DNA of 64,000 nucleotides from Hormiphora californensis (lineage: Eukaryota; Animalia; Ctenophora), in the NCBI GenBank assembly GCA_020137815.1, contig CM035353.1, positions 7,378,001-7,442,000 of the forward strand, given 5' to 3'. Position numbers and translations under genes: made by a program. Numbering within the stretch: position 1 is the stretch's first letter; every line of letters starts with the position of its first letter. This document shows positions 13,158 to 31,174 of this stretch, piece by piece. The notes below the pieces were generated by a model. That model was not told the origin of the DNA, ran no database searches, and saw only the letters and a list, made by a program, of their open reading frames with translations.

Positions 13158-14313
13158 AACTGTCAAAATCAAGGGGGTAGGGGGATGTTTATCCTCCTTG
13201 GACAGTTAGGGGCATTTAGGGGCATGGATGTCTGATACATTTGGGGTGATCCCCCGCCATATGCATGCGGGGCATGCTATGTATCAGCTGCCTAGCACCA
13301 AACCGTTTTGATTCTCAAATTCAAAAACGACAGTACACTCAGATCAGATGGGACGATTCGTCTGCGTCAAACATCGTATATCGGGTACTTTTTGTAAGTT
13401 GCTTTGTCAGGTTTCTAATCTGTAACAGCTTCCAAGCCCGCGATACTATTTCTTGGATTGTTCGCTTTAGAAAAGTGTAATACGGGCTTGTGTTATTGAG
13501 AATAGTAAACAGCGGATATAAGTTATTCGAAACAAGTAAAAAATAGAGAGAAACATACGACTGGGCATCAAATCACACGCGCAGCATCCTATCATTAAGA
13601 CACACTCTTCTGAATACAGCTTGTACAGGCACTTAACAATACGAAGATAAAAAAGATCAGTAAAAAGTGAATGCTCTGTTGGATATCACTAGATATAACA
13701 TAGGACCTGCTAACATCTAATTTAGACTATCTTAAACCAATGAAACATTGATTAGGGTATACACTACTTTAAGAGAACCTGCATTCAAGTATATTTTTAG
13801 GAAAACTTTTATAAATATACATATAACGCGTCATTATCACATCACTTTCATACATGTAATGCATGTGTTATACCCCATCCTCATTTTGTTATAATTGAGG
13901 TTCTACCACAAGATATAATCAACAAAATGCATATCGCCACCATGTGCTTATTAGTTCTGATATAATGCTATATATCGTGTCCTAATAAAGATCTCTCTCC
14001 TCTTCTGAATAAAAAACACACACAGTACACACGTAGAAAAACATACGTAAAAAACTAACAGTAACACTTTAACACACACCACTGTGCAATGTGCATAGAT
14101 ACATAATCATTTGCCTAACTTTGACCTCTCTCTTGCACAGAGAAGCATTGAGCTAGAGAAAGATTATTGATATATTTCTATAGTCTCTCGCTTCAACAAG
14201 AATACAATTCATCCCAGTCCCCTAGTTGCACGAGAGAGCACAATCTGGAGAAAGACAAACAAGTATATTGTGTGAAGTCAAACTACATACACACACGTGA
14301 TAAAAACTCGGTT

Positions 14314-17300
14314 CTACGTTTCGCTTTGCAAGTCAGCAGGTTCACAGTCTTGTAGTGATGGTTTGCAGTTCTCCCCCTCACTAGGGACCACGGGCTGCTG
14401 CTGCCCATTACCCCTGAGCTCAGGACTAGTTCTCTCAACCTTAATTGTATCATCAATAACTTGTTCTGGGTATGAGTTCTCATATTGTCTCTGGGGGGTG
14501 TTCTGTTGTTCCTCCCTACTACTGCACTCCCCCTGATCTTGAGGAGGGACACTAAAGGGAACATTGTACTGAAACCTCTGCTGCATGTCATCCTCTCCTT
14601 GCTGATCCACATGTTGTTGAGGGCCGGGGAACTGGTCGTTGTAGCTTCCTGTTGGTGAGCCATCGTGGTTGTAGTGGACGGGAACTGGTACAGCAACCGC
14701 CTGGGTGAGGAAGGAAAGGTTAGAAACCAAGAATCCCGGGAGAGAAAAAGAGACACATAAATTAAAAACATCTTGAAACTAAAAACCATCCTGAAATCAA
14801 AACCTCATTACATTACCTGTGATGCAGCTGCGATGAGTGCTCTCATGGATGATGTTGTATAGAAGGCAGCAGCAGGGGGTGAGCTAGAGCTCTGGTCACC
14901 GTCCTGATTATAACCCTCTTGGTCGGGGGCAGGAGAGGGGGTGTAGGAGAATGAGCCAGATCCTGGGGGAGAGGGAGGGGGTTATACAGATCTGGGGGGG
15001 GGGGGGGGAGGGGGGCAGGAGAGGGGGTATAGGAGAAAGAGCCGGATCCTGGGGGAGAGGGAGGGGGTTATACAATATACATACCTTATATACATATCTT
15101 ATTAATATTATAACTGATCTGGGATGTATATCACATAATGGCTTGTTTTGTTCAAACCCATTTGGGTCGAACAAGGAAAATAATGGCCATAATGGTCGTG
15201 ATACAATTACAATTCAAGTATACCCCATAGTTCCTGCCCCATATATAATAGATGTTTGACTAACCTGGCATGAAGTTGTTGGTATACTGGGGTGGTATAA
15301 CATACTCTGGGATAACAGATTGACTATCAGTGTCATAACCGTCACATTGCATCCCAATACTTCTTGTCTCGAGAGGTTCAGGGCTTACACTCCTGCAGGA
15401 ATTGACACCATATATCAGGGGGAATCAGGGGAATATAGTTTTGTCCTCTTTGTTTGAGTACATAAGATGGTTGAAGCACAAAGAGGAATATAAATATACA
15501 GAGGAATAACAGCCGGGGCGGGGTCCTGGGGAAGGGGAGCTAGAGGGGTCCTGGGGGCGTGGGAGGGGAGCTGGAGGGGGCCTGGAGGGGAGGGGGGTTA
15601 CTTACGATGAATGGTTGTTGTTGGGTGGCCGAATATCTGGGGTTGTGGAAACGACTTTGCCAGTCTTCATCTTTCTATGGGGTCTCTTTCTCACTAGTAA
15701 CTTAATCTTCTCGTGCTCGTGGTGAGGGTTCACACACCTGAGGGAGGAGGAGGACTGTAAGAAGACATCAGGGGGGGGGGGCTGAAAGAAAATATCAGGG
15801 GGGATGGTTTAGAGGGCTTGTAGAGGCCAGGGGGATATAGGGAGGAACATTGCAGTAGAGGGGAAATGGATGGGGAACATTGTAGAGTTCAGTGGTATGA
15901 AGGTTGTGGGACACCCTGTATTACCCAAACACCTACGTAGCGGTGCAGTGTATAGTATCGGGAGGGAGGGTCTTCATAACACGCTCTAGCATCTCCGTAT
16001 AGACTGGATCGTGGGGTTGTCGGCAGAAGATGTATGTTAACCTCTTATCAGGGTTATGCACCAGAATACCTTTACTGTAGTAGAACCTGCAGAATCAGGT
16101 TATAGTGTGAGGGTAGAACAATATGAAATAGCTACAACAATACTATTTGTTCACCACATCCTTCTATTTTATTATTGCGGATGGGTTTGAAAATGAAAGA
16201 TTGTAAATGCAGGGTATATAGGTAAAAGATCAGCTCCTTACCTCATAGATCGGCTAAACTTATCGAATGTCATTTGGTCTCGTTTCTTGCACAGTCCCCA
16301 TTGTCGGGCTGCCTCCTTCTGGTCAAGTACCTTGAACTCCAGATCATTGCCAGTCCACCTGGGAAGGGAGAACTAATATAAATACTAGATATATTCTAAA
16401 CGGATCCAATCTATATACACTGAGTATATAACTGAGTACAAGTTGTGACATGTGTGTCCTACCTGATCCAACTTCGACACCGTTGGTCCTCCAGTTTTCT
16501 CATCAGAAACTGCCACAGCGCTGTTCCGTTTGCAATTTGTTCTGCGGAGCAGGGGATTAGTATGGGTCCGCACAGAATGATCAGATCAAATACCAGCTTG
16601 ATCAACAATTCAGGGACCTAGGTATAACTCTTGTACAACAGAGGGGGGTTGTCATGGTGACAACGCCGAACTGTACCTTCTTTTGTGGTCCTCCGTTCAT
16701 ATTTTCTCTTCTTCCTCGGCATCTCAGGGTTTAGAAGTGCGGTTGGGGGTGCGGCAGGGGCTGCGACATGTGGTATCGCCCTGTTCCTATCTTGTGCACT
16801 GCATGTATTATACCCTGCACCTGATGTACTGGCTGCTTTCCTCTTCTCTTTAGCAACAGCCGTGCTTTGACTGAGGAAATAAGGGGTTAGAGAGGGTCAA
16901 TGTGTTATATCTCTGATCTAAGCTAAATCTACAAATTCATCCCCCATCCCATAACACCCCCCCCCCCCAACAAACTACTAACACACTGCCAATGAACTAA
17001 TCAATGTGCCTACATGAAGGAAGGTCTAAACCAGGAATCTGATGGTCCAGTCTCCCCTCTCTGTAGCCTTTCAGCAGCCTGCTGAAGGTCAGCAGCCAGA
17101 GAACACAAACTCTCAGCTAGCAGTTCTGCTGCCTCAGTTATTTCAATCTTGATGGGAGGTGTTTCTGGTGGGGCTGCTGCTGGGGTGGAGGGAGGACTGT
17201 AGGTCTCTGTTTTTGGTGGCGCTTCTGAAGTCATTGTCCTTTCGGGGGTTTGGAGAGTAAAGAGACACATAATTAATTACAGATATTGAATAAGTGGTAT

Positions 17301-17501
17301 CAATGCAATAAAAGCAGCAGTAGGATTTATGAAATAAGGTTCACTTGAGGAAGTCAAACTACTGTCACAGCAAAGCAGCAGTAGGATTTATGAAATAAGG
17401 TTCACTAGAGGAAGTCAAACTACTGTCACACCTAAAAAGGAAGTGAAAGAGTTTCGGAGAAGTTTGAATTTGCGTATGTGCGTGTTGTATTACCAGAAGA
17501 T

Positions 17502-17534
<33 letters not shown>

Positions 17535-19229
17535 TTTTTATTTCTCTATCTCTCTTTCTCACTTCTCGCTACTCAAGCAACTAGTCAAGCAACTACAAGT
17601 GAAGGACAGAAAAGCAGAGAGAGAGAGAGTGAGATCTCACTCATGAGAGAGATGGAGAGAGAGATGGAGAGCGAGAGATGGAGAGCGAGAGATGGAGAGC
17701 GAGAGAGTGAGAGAATCAGAAAGTGAAAATAACTGTTACGCTGCACGATGAACGAACGCTAGTTGACAGAGAAGAGAGAGAGAGAGAGCGAGAGAGAGAG
17801 AGGAAGTGAAAACAACATTGTACCCTCAGGCCATGATCATAATGAGCTCCCATTATTTCTTTTTTATTAGAAACATTATTTCTGACTTTGAAGAAGAAAG
17901 CAAAAGTAAGACAAGCTTCTTGAGCTGCGCTTGCAACCCCTATTTTTAACTGACCCTCGCTGCTTGCACGACAAAGAATTTTAGATAAAGTGAACGCTGA
18001 ACAGGCAGTAAAAATGACTTACAAAATGCTAAACTATTACAGGTCTATTTACAAAATTGTGAGACCTTGCTGTTCCGGTTTTAGGTTAAAGTTCGCACAC
18101 GCTTTCTAAATCTCTCTCTCTCCATCCTTCTCTATAGTCTATATGTCTTCTTTCTGAGTCCAGTAGCACGTTGACAAGAAGTGCACCGGAGCTAAAAAGA
18201 GAAAGCAAAAGTGGAAAATGGAGACATAATTCATTGAACAAAATAATGAAGTTTGATTTTGAAGTGGACAAAAACGGAAAGAAAAAAGAAGAGTGGCCGT
18301 GAACTAAAAATGAATATTTATGAAGGTGTAACAGTGGGTACAGTATATTTAGGGTGTAGACTGCAGCAGTATAGGTAGAGCCAGACTCCAGAGATATACC
18401 TACTACACCTCTCGGCTCTCATATATACATGTACATGTCAGCTAGACTTGTATAAAGTTGGTAATTACACAATATCTTCTCAGGCTATCTACACACACAA
18501 TCAAATTGGACCTCACAGCTGCTCAAGCAGAGCTTGCATATCACACAAGGGAGAGGGAGGGGGTAACTGTAATGCTATGGAGGGGAGTGAGATGGAGAAC
18601 TATAGAACTGTTCTTCTTCTTCCTATACACATCACATGACCAACAGTGTGGGGGATAGGAAGCTGATTATACCACGTGATATTGCACGTGCACACCATCT
18701 GTATCACGTGGGTGTGAAAATATATCGAAAATGGCCACACAGCTGCCTAGCTGTTCCACTATATTGAAAAAGGCTCATGTCTGAAGATATTGGAACCAAA
18801 AACTACAATGTATCGATTGAGGGGGATGCAGCCTGAGAACCAGCTTCAATAATTGGTGTCCAGGCGAATATCTGGGGTGATTCAAAAGTCGGTAGACCCC
18901 TCCCCGTCTATAACAGCTAAAGGTTCATAGCGAACCACTAACTTCATCAATCATCTATAATAGAGCTACCAGATATTAAAATAGCATTAACATAAAAGAA
19001 AAGGTGTGCAAAGGTGTGCAACAAAGCAATTTTAAGTATGTATAAAGAAAGCAATTTATTACACCCAATATGATATTGAATATGTAATGGGAGGCAGCTA
19101 GCAAATCAGTATCTGGCTATAAAAACAGCTCTATCTATATCGTGGGACAAAGGTCTTATACCAGCACCTTTAACTTTAGAAGCACACAGATGCAGTACTC
19201 TGAACAACTGAGAGCATATGCAGCATCCC

Positions 19230-19299
<70 letters not shown>

Positions 19300-20604
19300 T
19301 CTCTCTCACAGCTAGGTGTATTGCAGCAGTTCTGCACGTGACAGGGGTGTACCGCAAATTACAGTCCCATATATGGAATAATTGGCCCACGTGATCTGCG
19401 ATATTACTTCCTATGCTGCTACATATAGGAAGTAAGGATTAACTGTCTCTCTCTCTATCTGAGAGAGAGTATCTCTCTCTATCTTTCTCTCACTTTCTCT
19501 TTCTCTCACTTTCTCTCTCTCCCTCTCTTTTCATATTCTGCCTGGCATGATATCTCCCTCTCTCACTCACGCTCAGCAATTACTATGAGTTCGAAACAAA
19601 ATGTACTATTTGCACATTGTACAATAGCTGGAATACATTGAGTACACAGATTTGTGAGAAATGATCCTGCTGCCGCTTGTCAGGCACTGACTGTTATACA
19701 TCGCGCAACCCGGTGCGAAGAGGACGGTCTTATATGAGAAAGAAAGAACGCTATGATTATGTGTGCAGTAGCTATCACAAGTCAAGCTGCTACTGTATAA
19801 TATTAGGAATCTCAAAATAATACCAAAAAAGGAAACAACTTTCTAGATGCCTTGTCTCAACCCATTTTCATCCTAACTGCTAACTTCATGCCACCCAAAG
19901 CTATTCCATATATGGAGTTAACAAGGAGACAGACTCAGAATTAAGGAGCTGTCTCCCTGCTGTCTCCATATATGGAGTTAACAAGGAGACAGACTCAGAA
20001 TTAAGGAGCTGTCTTCCTGCTGTCTCCAGGCGAGACAATGACAACTCTTCCCTTGCTCGACCGCGCCCCGAGTTAGAACTTGGTTACGAAATAACCCCTC
20101 GCGACCTTGGCGCGCTGGCAAGGGAGGGGTTACTTCGTGACCGTCCAAGGTTAGAACATTACAACTCAAACCCTGAGCTGATATATCGAACAGTGAGACT
20201 TGCTACAATACACTGTTTTACACAGCAACTGTTTCGCTAAGGAAAAAAACAAGAAAAGCTGCAAAAGTGCGAGTGTGGGCAAGTAAAACGACCGGAAGTA
20301 GAAGTAAGAAAACACTCTTTCCGTGAACTGTGAGAGGAATAGAGAGAGACAGAGCTGAGGGAGAGAGAGAGAGAGAGAGAGGGGGCGGGTTGATACAGAG
20401 AAAAAGAGAAATAAATAACTATTATAGAGAAAGAGTGAACAGTGAAGGAACAAGTTTCTTAAGAAACTATCAACTCTGCAGAACAACTACTACAACAGCA
20501 GTGCATGTTGCAAGTCTATTGAGTTAAACAAAGGACACATAAAACATATAAACAGGGCCCAAGAGTGGCAGTAGATGTATAATACACTCTCTCTCACACA
20601 CTCT

Positions 20605-20661
<57 letters not shown>

Positions 20662-21822
20662 CCATTTGGTGTATAGGAAGAAAAATGCGACACCTGTCTC
20701 ACTTTCCATGTGTTGAGCAGAGAGCGATGTAGAGAGAGAGTCGAGAGAGAGAGAGAGGCGGAAAGAGAGAATCAACATACACTAGATAATGTACAGTCTA
20801 TTCAACTCCAGCTTAGAAACCCACCCTGTACCCCACCCTGTACCCCACCCTGTACCCCACCCTGTACCCCACCCTGTACCCCACCCTGTACCCCATGCTA
20901 CAATCACCACCCTGCAACCCACCCTACCACCCTATGCTACAATCACCCACCACCACCCGGAACTAACCTCTTCTTCCGAGACTTGGGTGCCCTGGGTGTT
21001 GGCTGTTGTTGTTGTTGCTGTGGTGGCGGTGGTTGAGGTAGGGAGGGAGGGGGTGAGACCCCGGGGTGCTGCTGCTGCTGTTCAAGACTTGGGATGAAGT
21101 AGGCATCACGGCGGAGTCGCTTCACTGACCTAGGGGAAGAATCAGATGAAATATATGAATCATATGAGAAACATATTTTAGACAGATATATGAGATAATA
21201 ATTGCCCAATAATTGAACATACATTTTGTTGATAGAATACCATCACAAAATATTTGGAGTTTGAGCGACATAATCTGTACCTGATAAACATGGGTGGAAC
21301 GACCTGATCTGTACCTGATAAACATGGGAGGAGAACTGGAGAGTAGGCCCAGTTGTCCAGGTGGTCCAGGGCTGATATCATGGTGTTGTGGGTGGTGTTC
21401 GTGATCTGGGTCCTTAGGATGAGCAAACACGGGTCCATGGTAGTAGGCAGTGGCATTAACCCGCTGGGTCATGTACTGATCGTACATAAACAATTGGTCT
21501 GCGGGGGAGCGGTTTATTTGAAGCTAGCTAAACTGGAATTCATGTACACCGATAATAATTCTTATTCATTCTATCATTTGACGTAACCATGGTAACCATG
21601 TTGGTTACAAAGTCACCCCTTTTATTGCGATATTAACGCGGAGGGGTAATTTCATAACCATGGTAACCATGCATTCTATCCTTTATCGTAACCATGGTAA
21701 CCATGGTAACTGCACGCACCTTTGGTAGGTAGGACAGCATTCAGCCAGGTGGTTGGGAATGGTATTGGGGGTACACCCTTTTCCTTTCCATCTTGCTCCA
21801 TATTGGGAGAGGGGTATTCCAT
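14314..21822 (-). CDS. ETS-domain transcription factor, ~668 aa, 12 exons: 21822-21720, 21498-21315, 21129-20968, 17238-17014, 16870-16677, 16541-16463, 16358-16242, 16086-15937, 15737-15606, 15392-15265, 14962-14817, 14700-14314
   Basis: Spliced translation LWQFLMRKLEDQRCRSWIRWTGNDLEFKVLDQKEAARQWGLCKKRDQMTFDKFSRSMRFYYSKGILVHNPDKRLTYIF is an ETS domain; all junctions GT-AG and phase-consistent. Linkage of the first three exons across the 3.7-kb intron is less certain. Confidence 0.88.
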
Positions 21823-22860
21823 CTTGGGCCTGCAGTAAAGATGGGAATAGCAAACCAATAAAACACCGCCCATCTTACCCCCTCCGCCCTCGCCTCTCAA
21901 GGACTACCATGTCCGTCCAGTGTTCCCCACCATAACATCCCCCACCTCGCCTTTCTTCATTCCCTCCCTCTCTTATCTTTCCTGTCCATTATCATTATCA
22001 TCCCCCACCTCGCCCATCTTCATTCCCTCCCTCTCGGATCTTTTACCCATCATCATTAAATGATCCCGTTAGACCATCTCCTAGTCAAAAAGTTTAGACA
22101 GGTGCCTTTACCCTCTACATAACGAGATAATGACTTTATCTCCCTCCGTGTCTTGTAAAAACTTTCCTAACCCTATATGTTATATTATCTCTGTCCTGAT
22201 CTAAAACTACCTGTTCTAGAGGGCAGTAAAACTATTAGCACGTGGGAAGTGAGCCATCGTTAAATGAGGCAACTCCTTATCTCCCATTGGCCCATCTAAC
22301 ATTGTACGTGTCTCTAGTTGCTTGAAGCAACTTTTGAATAACTGTTTATACATCTCTTAGTTCCTTTCATTTGGTAGACTTTATACATCTCTTAGTTCCT
22401 TTCATTTGGCAGGCCCAGAAACTGACATCTTTACCTCCAAACCAGGCACGGCTTAGATCTACTATATATATACTAATTAGCTACCCTGGACCTGCATCTC
22501 CTAATCATTAAGAAATAACATCAGCCGAAAGGTCATTATGTCTCTCGCTCTCTATGTGATCTATAACTACAGATTCTTAGTTTTTTATTCCCCGAAAGGC
22601 CACCACCATTTGGAACGGTAGCTGGAGAGCAAGAGATTAATTGTGGTACCCCGTGCATTTCTCTCTTGTTATATTCTATATTAACCCACCTGTAAGACTC
22701 ATTATAGAGGGGCACATGATCTGCTACCCTGCATCTCTCGGCCATTAAATTTTATAATGCACTCTCTCCCACCGGTCTTCCGAGTTTGGTAGTTATAGTG
22801 GACCACTTGTTCTATCCTGCTCTCTATCACATATGCCTGCCAACTATCCCCAACTATATA

Positions 22861-23020
22861 CAGTCGGACCCCGATTTAGGGACCCCCGATTTAGGCCTTA
22901 GGGACACCCCTATTTAGGGACAGGGTTTTTCCCCCGATATAGGAAATTAACCTTATTTGACCCCGATTTAGTGGACAAGAGCCTTTCCCCCGAGGGTGTC
23001 CCTAAATCGGGGTCCGACTG
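22861..23020. mobile_element. Tc1/mariner-pogo-type MITE (CAGTCGGACCCCGATTTA family)
   Basis: Perfect TIRs and TA TSD; partial copies near 6266, 34780-34820, 35149 and 36240-36292. Confidence 0.9.
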
Positions 23021-23261
23021 TATTGGTAAATTTCCATCTGTTGGCCACTCTATCTTTACTAGTACGCCTACCACTGTAATCCAGTTACCAACGTACCAAT
23101 TATAGCTTCTGTTAAGATCAGATCTCTTTAAATTCTGCTGTCTACTGTCATGTTGGTGGTGGGGGTCAGCAGAGTGTCAAGATCAACTATAAATTCATCT
23201 GCTGTATACTGTGTTGTCGTGTTTCACATTTACAATTCTAATCACCCTACTTCAACAAGAT

Positions 23262-24163
23262 ATGTTGTGTATGTTCCTGGCAGTCTTGCTAGCTACAGGA
23301 TCTTGTTTTGGGACCGAGGAAACACAGGAAAAGGAAGTGCAGCTAACACTCACTAACCCGACCCAACTGAGTGTTAAGAACCCGAATACTAATAGCGCAA
23401 ATAAGGCACTCGACGGTAGGACAAATACGTACTACCAGTCTTTAGATTCGGGGGATCCAGTCTGGGAGGAGCAATGGGCCCAATTTGATCTGGAGACACC
23501 ATCAATTGTTACAAGAGTGATCATAATTGACAGGTGAGATATTCGCTAGTTAATCAGTCCCACTGTTTTGCTCTCCCAAATGACAAGTAATACTATACAT
23601 AATAAATTTGTCTAATTTCAGGCTATCAACTTCAGTCAAGGTACCCCAGAGGATCCTCGGTACAAAATTGCAGATAAGTGACCAAAACAGCTCCATGCCC
23701 AATAACGCAACAACATGGATCACATGTGGTGTTATAAAAGATATAAACACCTATGCGACAACCAGTATAGAAGTGGGGAACCACACATACACCATCACAT
23801 GCCCCCATCTGATAATAGCCCGGAAACTGAGACTTTATGACGACGAGAAAGTAGTCCTAAGTCAGAAAAAAGATAACCACGTGGTCATGCAGATTAGTGA
23901 AGTCACCGTGTTCGGGTATCAGTTGGGTAATTATTGTTTGTTTGTTTGTTTGTTTGTTTGTTTGTTTGTTTGTTTGTTTGTTTGTTTGTTTGTTTGTTTG
24001 TTTGTTTGTTTGTTTGTTTGTTTGTTACGCCTCGTTCCCACGCTGTTTGGACCACTAGCTGCTGCATTGTTTGTGCTACCCGCCCCACAGTGAAGGGGGT
24101 CTGATCAGTTCTCTTCTTTTTGATATCATCGCAGTATACGGCACAACAAATCCCAGAATTTAG
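23262..24163 (+). CDS. Secreted F-type lectin / F5-8 type C domain protein, ~200 aa (exons 23262-23533, 23622-23926, 24135-24163)
   Basis: Signal peptide MLCMFLAVLLATGSCFG; fold motifs ANKALDG, WAQFDL..PSIVTRVIIIDR, CG...TITCP...ARKLRL, QISEVTVFG. Confidence 0.82.
23935..24025. repeat. (TTTG)n microsatellite in lectin intron 2
   Basis: Direct tetramer array. Confidence 0.95.
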
Positions 24164-24222
24164 GATATAAGAAATTACACAACCCTGTTCTTGTTAGTCA
24201 GAGAATAGGGGTGAACTTCATC

Positions 24223-27935
<3,713 letters not shown>

Positions 27936-28372
27936 ACTGCAGCAGTTGCAGCAGCCATCGAAAATATATTTCCTACTTCAAATAATGGCATTCCCTGATA
28001 TTTTACTATTTAGGTTGCATGGTGATCTAAAGTCTAAACTAGTTCGACATTACTTCCCTTTGGCCTTTACCATGATACTTGATAGTTATTCCTACTACCA
28101 CTACTGCAGCACTATTACTAGGAAGATGGGATTATTGAGCACGGAAGGAAGAACTTTACTGCAGTTATAGACCTTAGCAAAAGAACGAGCAAAGGGAAGC
28201 ACAGTATGATCAATATAATATATGAGTGAGTGAGTGAGAGAGAGAGAGATGAGAGTTGGGGGGACTAAATAAACAACCTCCTGTCACGTAGGAAGCTAAA
28301 ACAAATCCTTATCCAAACATCCCCGGCTCCAATCCACTTCCAACAACTAACTCTCTCTCTCTCTCAGACTCG

Positions 28373-28485
<113 letters not shown>

Positions 28486-28659
28486 AGCTCTCTCTCTCTC
28501 TCTATCCCCCCCCTTTTCTTTCTCTCTCTCTCTCTCTTTCTAGCTCCCTCACTCACTCTCCCTAATCTCTCTCTAGCTCACCCCCTCTCACTCCCTCTCC
28601 TCATCTCCCTCACTCTCTCTCCCCTAACATAGAGCCAGGGTGAGGGTGTAATGTTATCC

Positions 28660-28790
28660 CTACATCACGTGACTCTAGAGTCGCCCAATGGAACCCTCAC
28701 CATGGCAACACGTGCCTCTCAGGGACAGTCACGTGACATGATTTGGAGGACTCTGATTGGTTGGTAGGATGCCACGTGATGTTATTGGAT
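28660..28790. promoter_or_regulatory. Promoter-like cluster: four CACGTG E-boxes (GTCACGTGAC at 28728-28737), CCAAT boxes, half X-box CCATGGCAAC
   Basis: Motif density within 130 bp, upstream of the minus-strand gene starting at 27935. Confidence 0.45.
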
Positions 28791-30945
28791 AGAATTAAGG
28801 AATCCGAAAAGAGGGTCCTCATTCTCAACTGCAGGAGGCAGGAAAGAAGGGGGAGGGGATATTATATATTCGAGGTAATAGAGTGAGTAAAAATGATCAA
28901 AACTCTCTCCCCCTATCTGGGTTCCATGGAACAATAAATAATCAACTTCCCGCCCACTCTAGCTTTTTCTAACCCATCTCTCTCCCGCATTCGGAAGTAG
29001 CTCACTTTCTACTTCACCCATACTACCATACATCTTCTTCCCGAGATATTCTTCTGACTTCCCGCCTTGGGACAACAACAACAAACTGCTAATTCTCTCT
29101 AGGGACTCTGATGTAAATTTGGAAACGGGGCCGGAAACAGGGGACCCTGGTACAAACATCAAAAAGTGGAAACAAAAAACTCCAAAAACAAAAAAGGAAG
29201 CTGTTTATATTTCCAATTCTCGTGTTTACATTGTACCAATTCTAGAAACCATGCACCCGTGTTGGGTTACTGATTTGAGTGCTACATTCAATTAATTAGT
29301 TAACTGCTTACCGTTTGAAGGTACTTGCTAAGCTTGTGGTCGGGCCTCTTTCTTCCAGATGGTCGGTTTGTTGCAGTAGAAGGGGTAGATACGAGCCGTC
29401 GACGAGTCACAACCATTACCTGGAGCATTTTACAGGGATTGGTAATGGAGGGGTGAGGAGATAGAGAGAGAGGGACGAGAGAAGGATCAAGGGGGAGAGA
29501 TGGAGGGGTGAGGAGAGAGGGAGGGGAGAGGGGTGGTAGACATGAGATGTCGACGAGTCACAACCTGGGCGGCATGGGTTGGAAATCAAGAGGTCGAGAG
29601 AGGGGCTGGGAGATGGAGTGAAAGGTGAAGAGGAGAGGCAGGGTTACGGAGAGAAAGAGGGAAATGAAAGGGATCAGGGCAAATATTATTTTTGTGGTAA
29701 TCAACTTCGACCAAAAACATGGCTAAAACACCCACTACCCACTGTCATTTAGCATTGTGGACCACTGCAACACAAACTAACAATCAAACATATCTAGTGC
29801 CTGAAAAGTTGAAATGAATGTATCACCTTCTGTGCCCTAATAATTCAATTTGGCATCTCATAGTTTTTTCACTTTCGTGTTTTGGTTTTGACTTAATATG
29901 ACACTGGCCAGCATCTATAGCTACATAGCGACCACAGAGATCCCCTGATAAAATGTCTACATGGATAGCAATTTCGACTGATCGAATGACACACACAGTC
30001 ACATCGACGCACTAACAATCTAATTAGACTTGGAAAGACACTATAAAATGTTACATTTTATTTCCTTCAATCAAAAAGGAAGAAGACAGTACCCTGTATC
30101 AAAAAGGGAAAAAGACAACACCTTCTATTAAACAGGAAAAAGACAACACCTTCTACTAATCCACGGTAAAAAGACAACACCAAGACACAGCAGAATTGTT
30201 ATCTGAAGGGAAGAGCTAGGTGCCCAAGGGTAGCTTGTGTGCTCAAATTACAAGCTAAAAGAGTGCGTGTGTGCGATAAAAATGTGCACTGGTTACAGTG
30301 ACACGTAGCGAGGTATACTATAACAGGGGAGAGGGGGGACATGGAACCATCATGAACATAATAATAGACTAAAGAATCATAGAGGATATATTCCCTATCA
30401 ACCACAGTAGTTATCTATAGAATCATGTACTTTTGATAATACAGTGAATTATGTAGTACCGCCATGTCAGTTAAAATACAAAACCGGGCAAATTTAAACT
30501 GGCAAAGCAGATCTGTGTGTGTGTAAACTGAAGATCTAAAACATACTCTCAGTGCTGCTTGTAGTGAGGATACGGTATCAGTGAAACAAGGTTGGTCAGA
30601 TACCGTATTATTCGGACACCGTATTCCCACTACTAATGAGCAACAACAACTTGGTTGTGTGTACAAGAAATCAACAACGAAATCATACAGTGTGGTGTCA
30701 TAGTATGACACCATCATCAAATGATTCATGAAATGTCTAGTGTCTACCAATTGTTGCAAGAGTGCAAATAAAAACTGGAACTTATATCCCACTACTACCC
30801 CGCGTGGATGAATCACATGAACTGAATCTTGTGAAGGATTGTTACAATGTTAGAAGGGACACATGTGGCATCTCATGGAAGAGCGGTAAATCAAGACGAT
30901 TATCTGGCAGGTATATGTGTTACGGTACCGGGAGGAACACACGCC

Positions 30946-31039
<94 letters not shown>

Positions 31040-31108
31040 CGTGTATTGTAGTAAGATGATAGCAAATAAAAGTAGCTTCTACATATCTTCTACTCAATCA
31101 CTTTTCGT

Positions 31109-31174
<66 letters not shown>

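Noticed and set aside
28959-29420. Short minus-strand ORF and exon upstream of the 27935 gene
   Set aside because: Could not be linked in phase with confidence; possibly 5' UTR exons.
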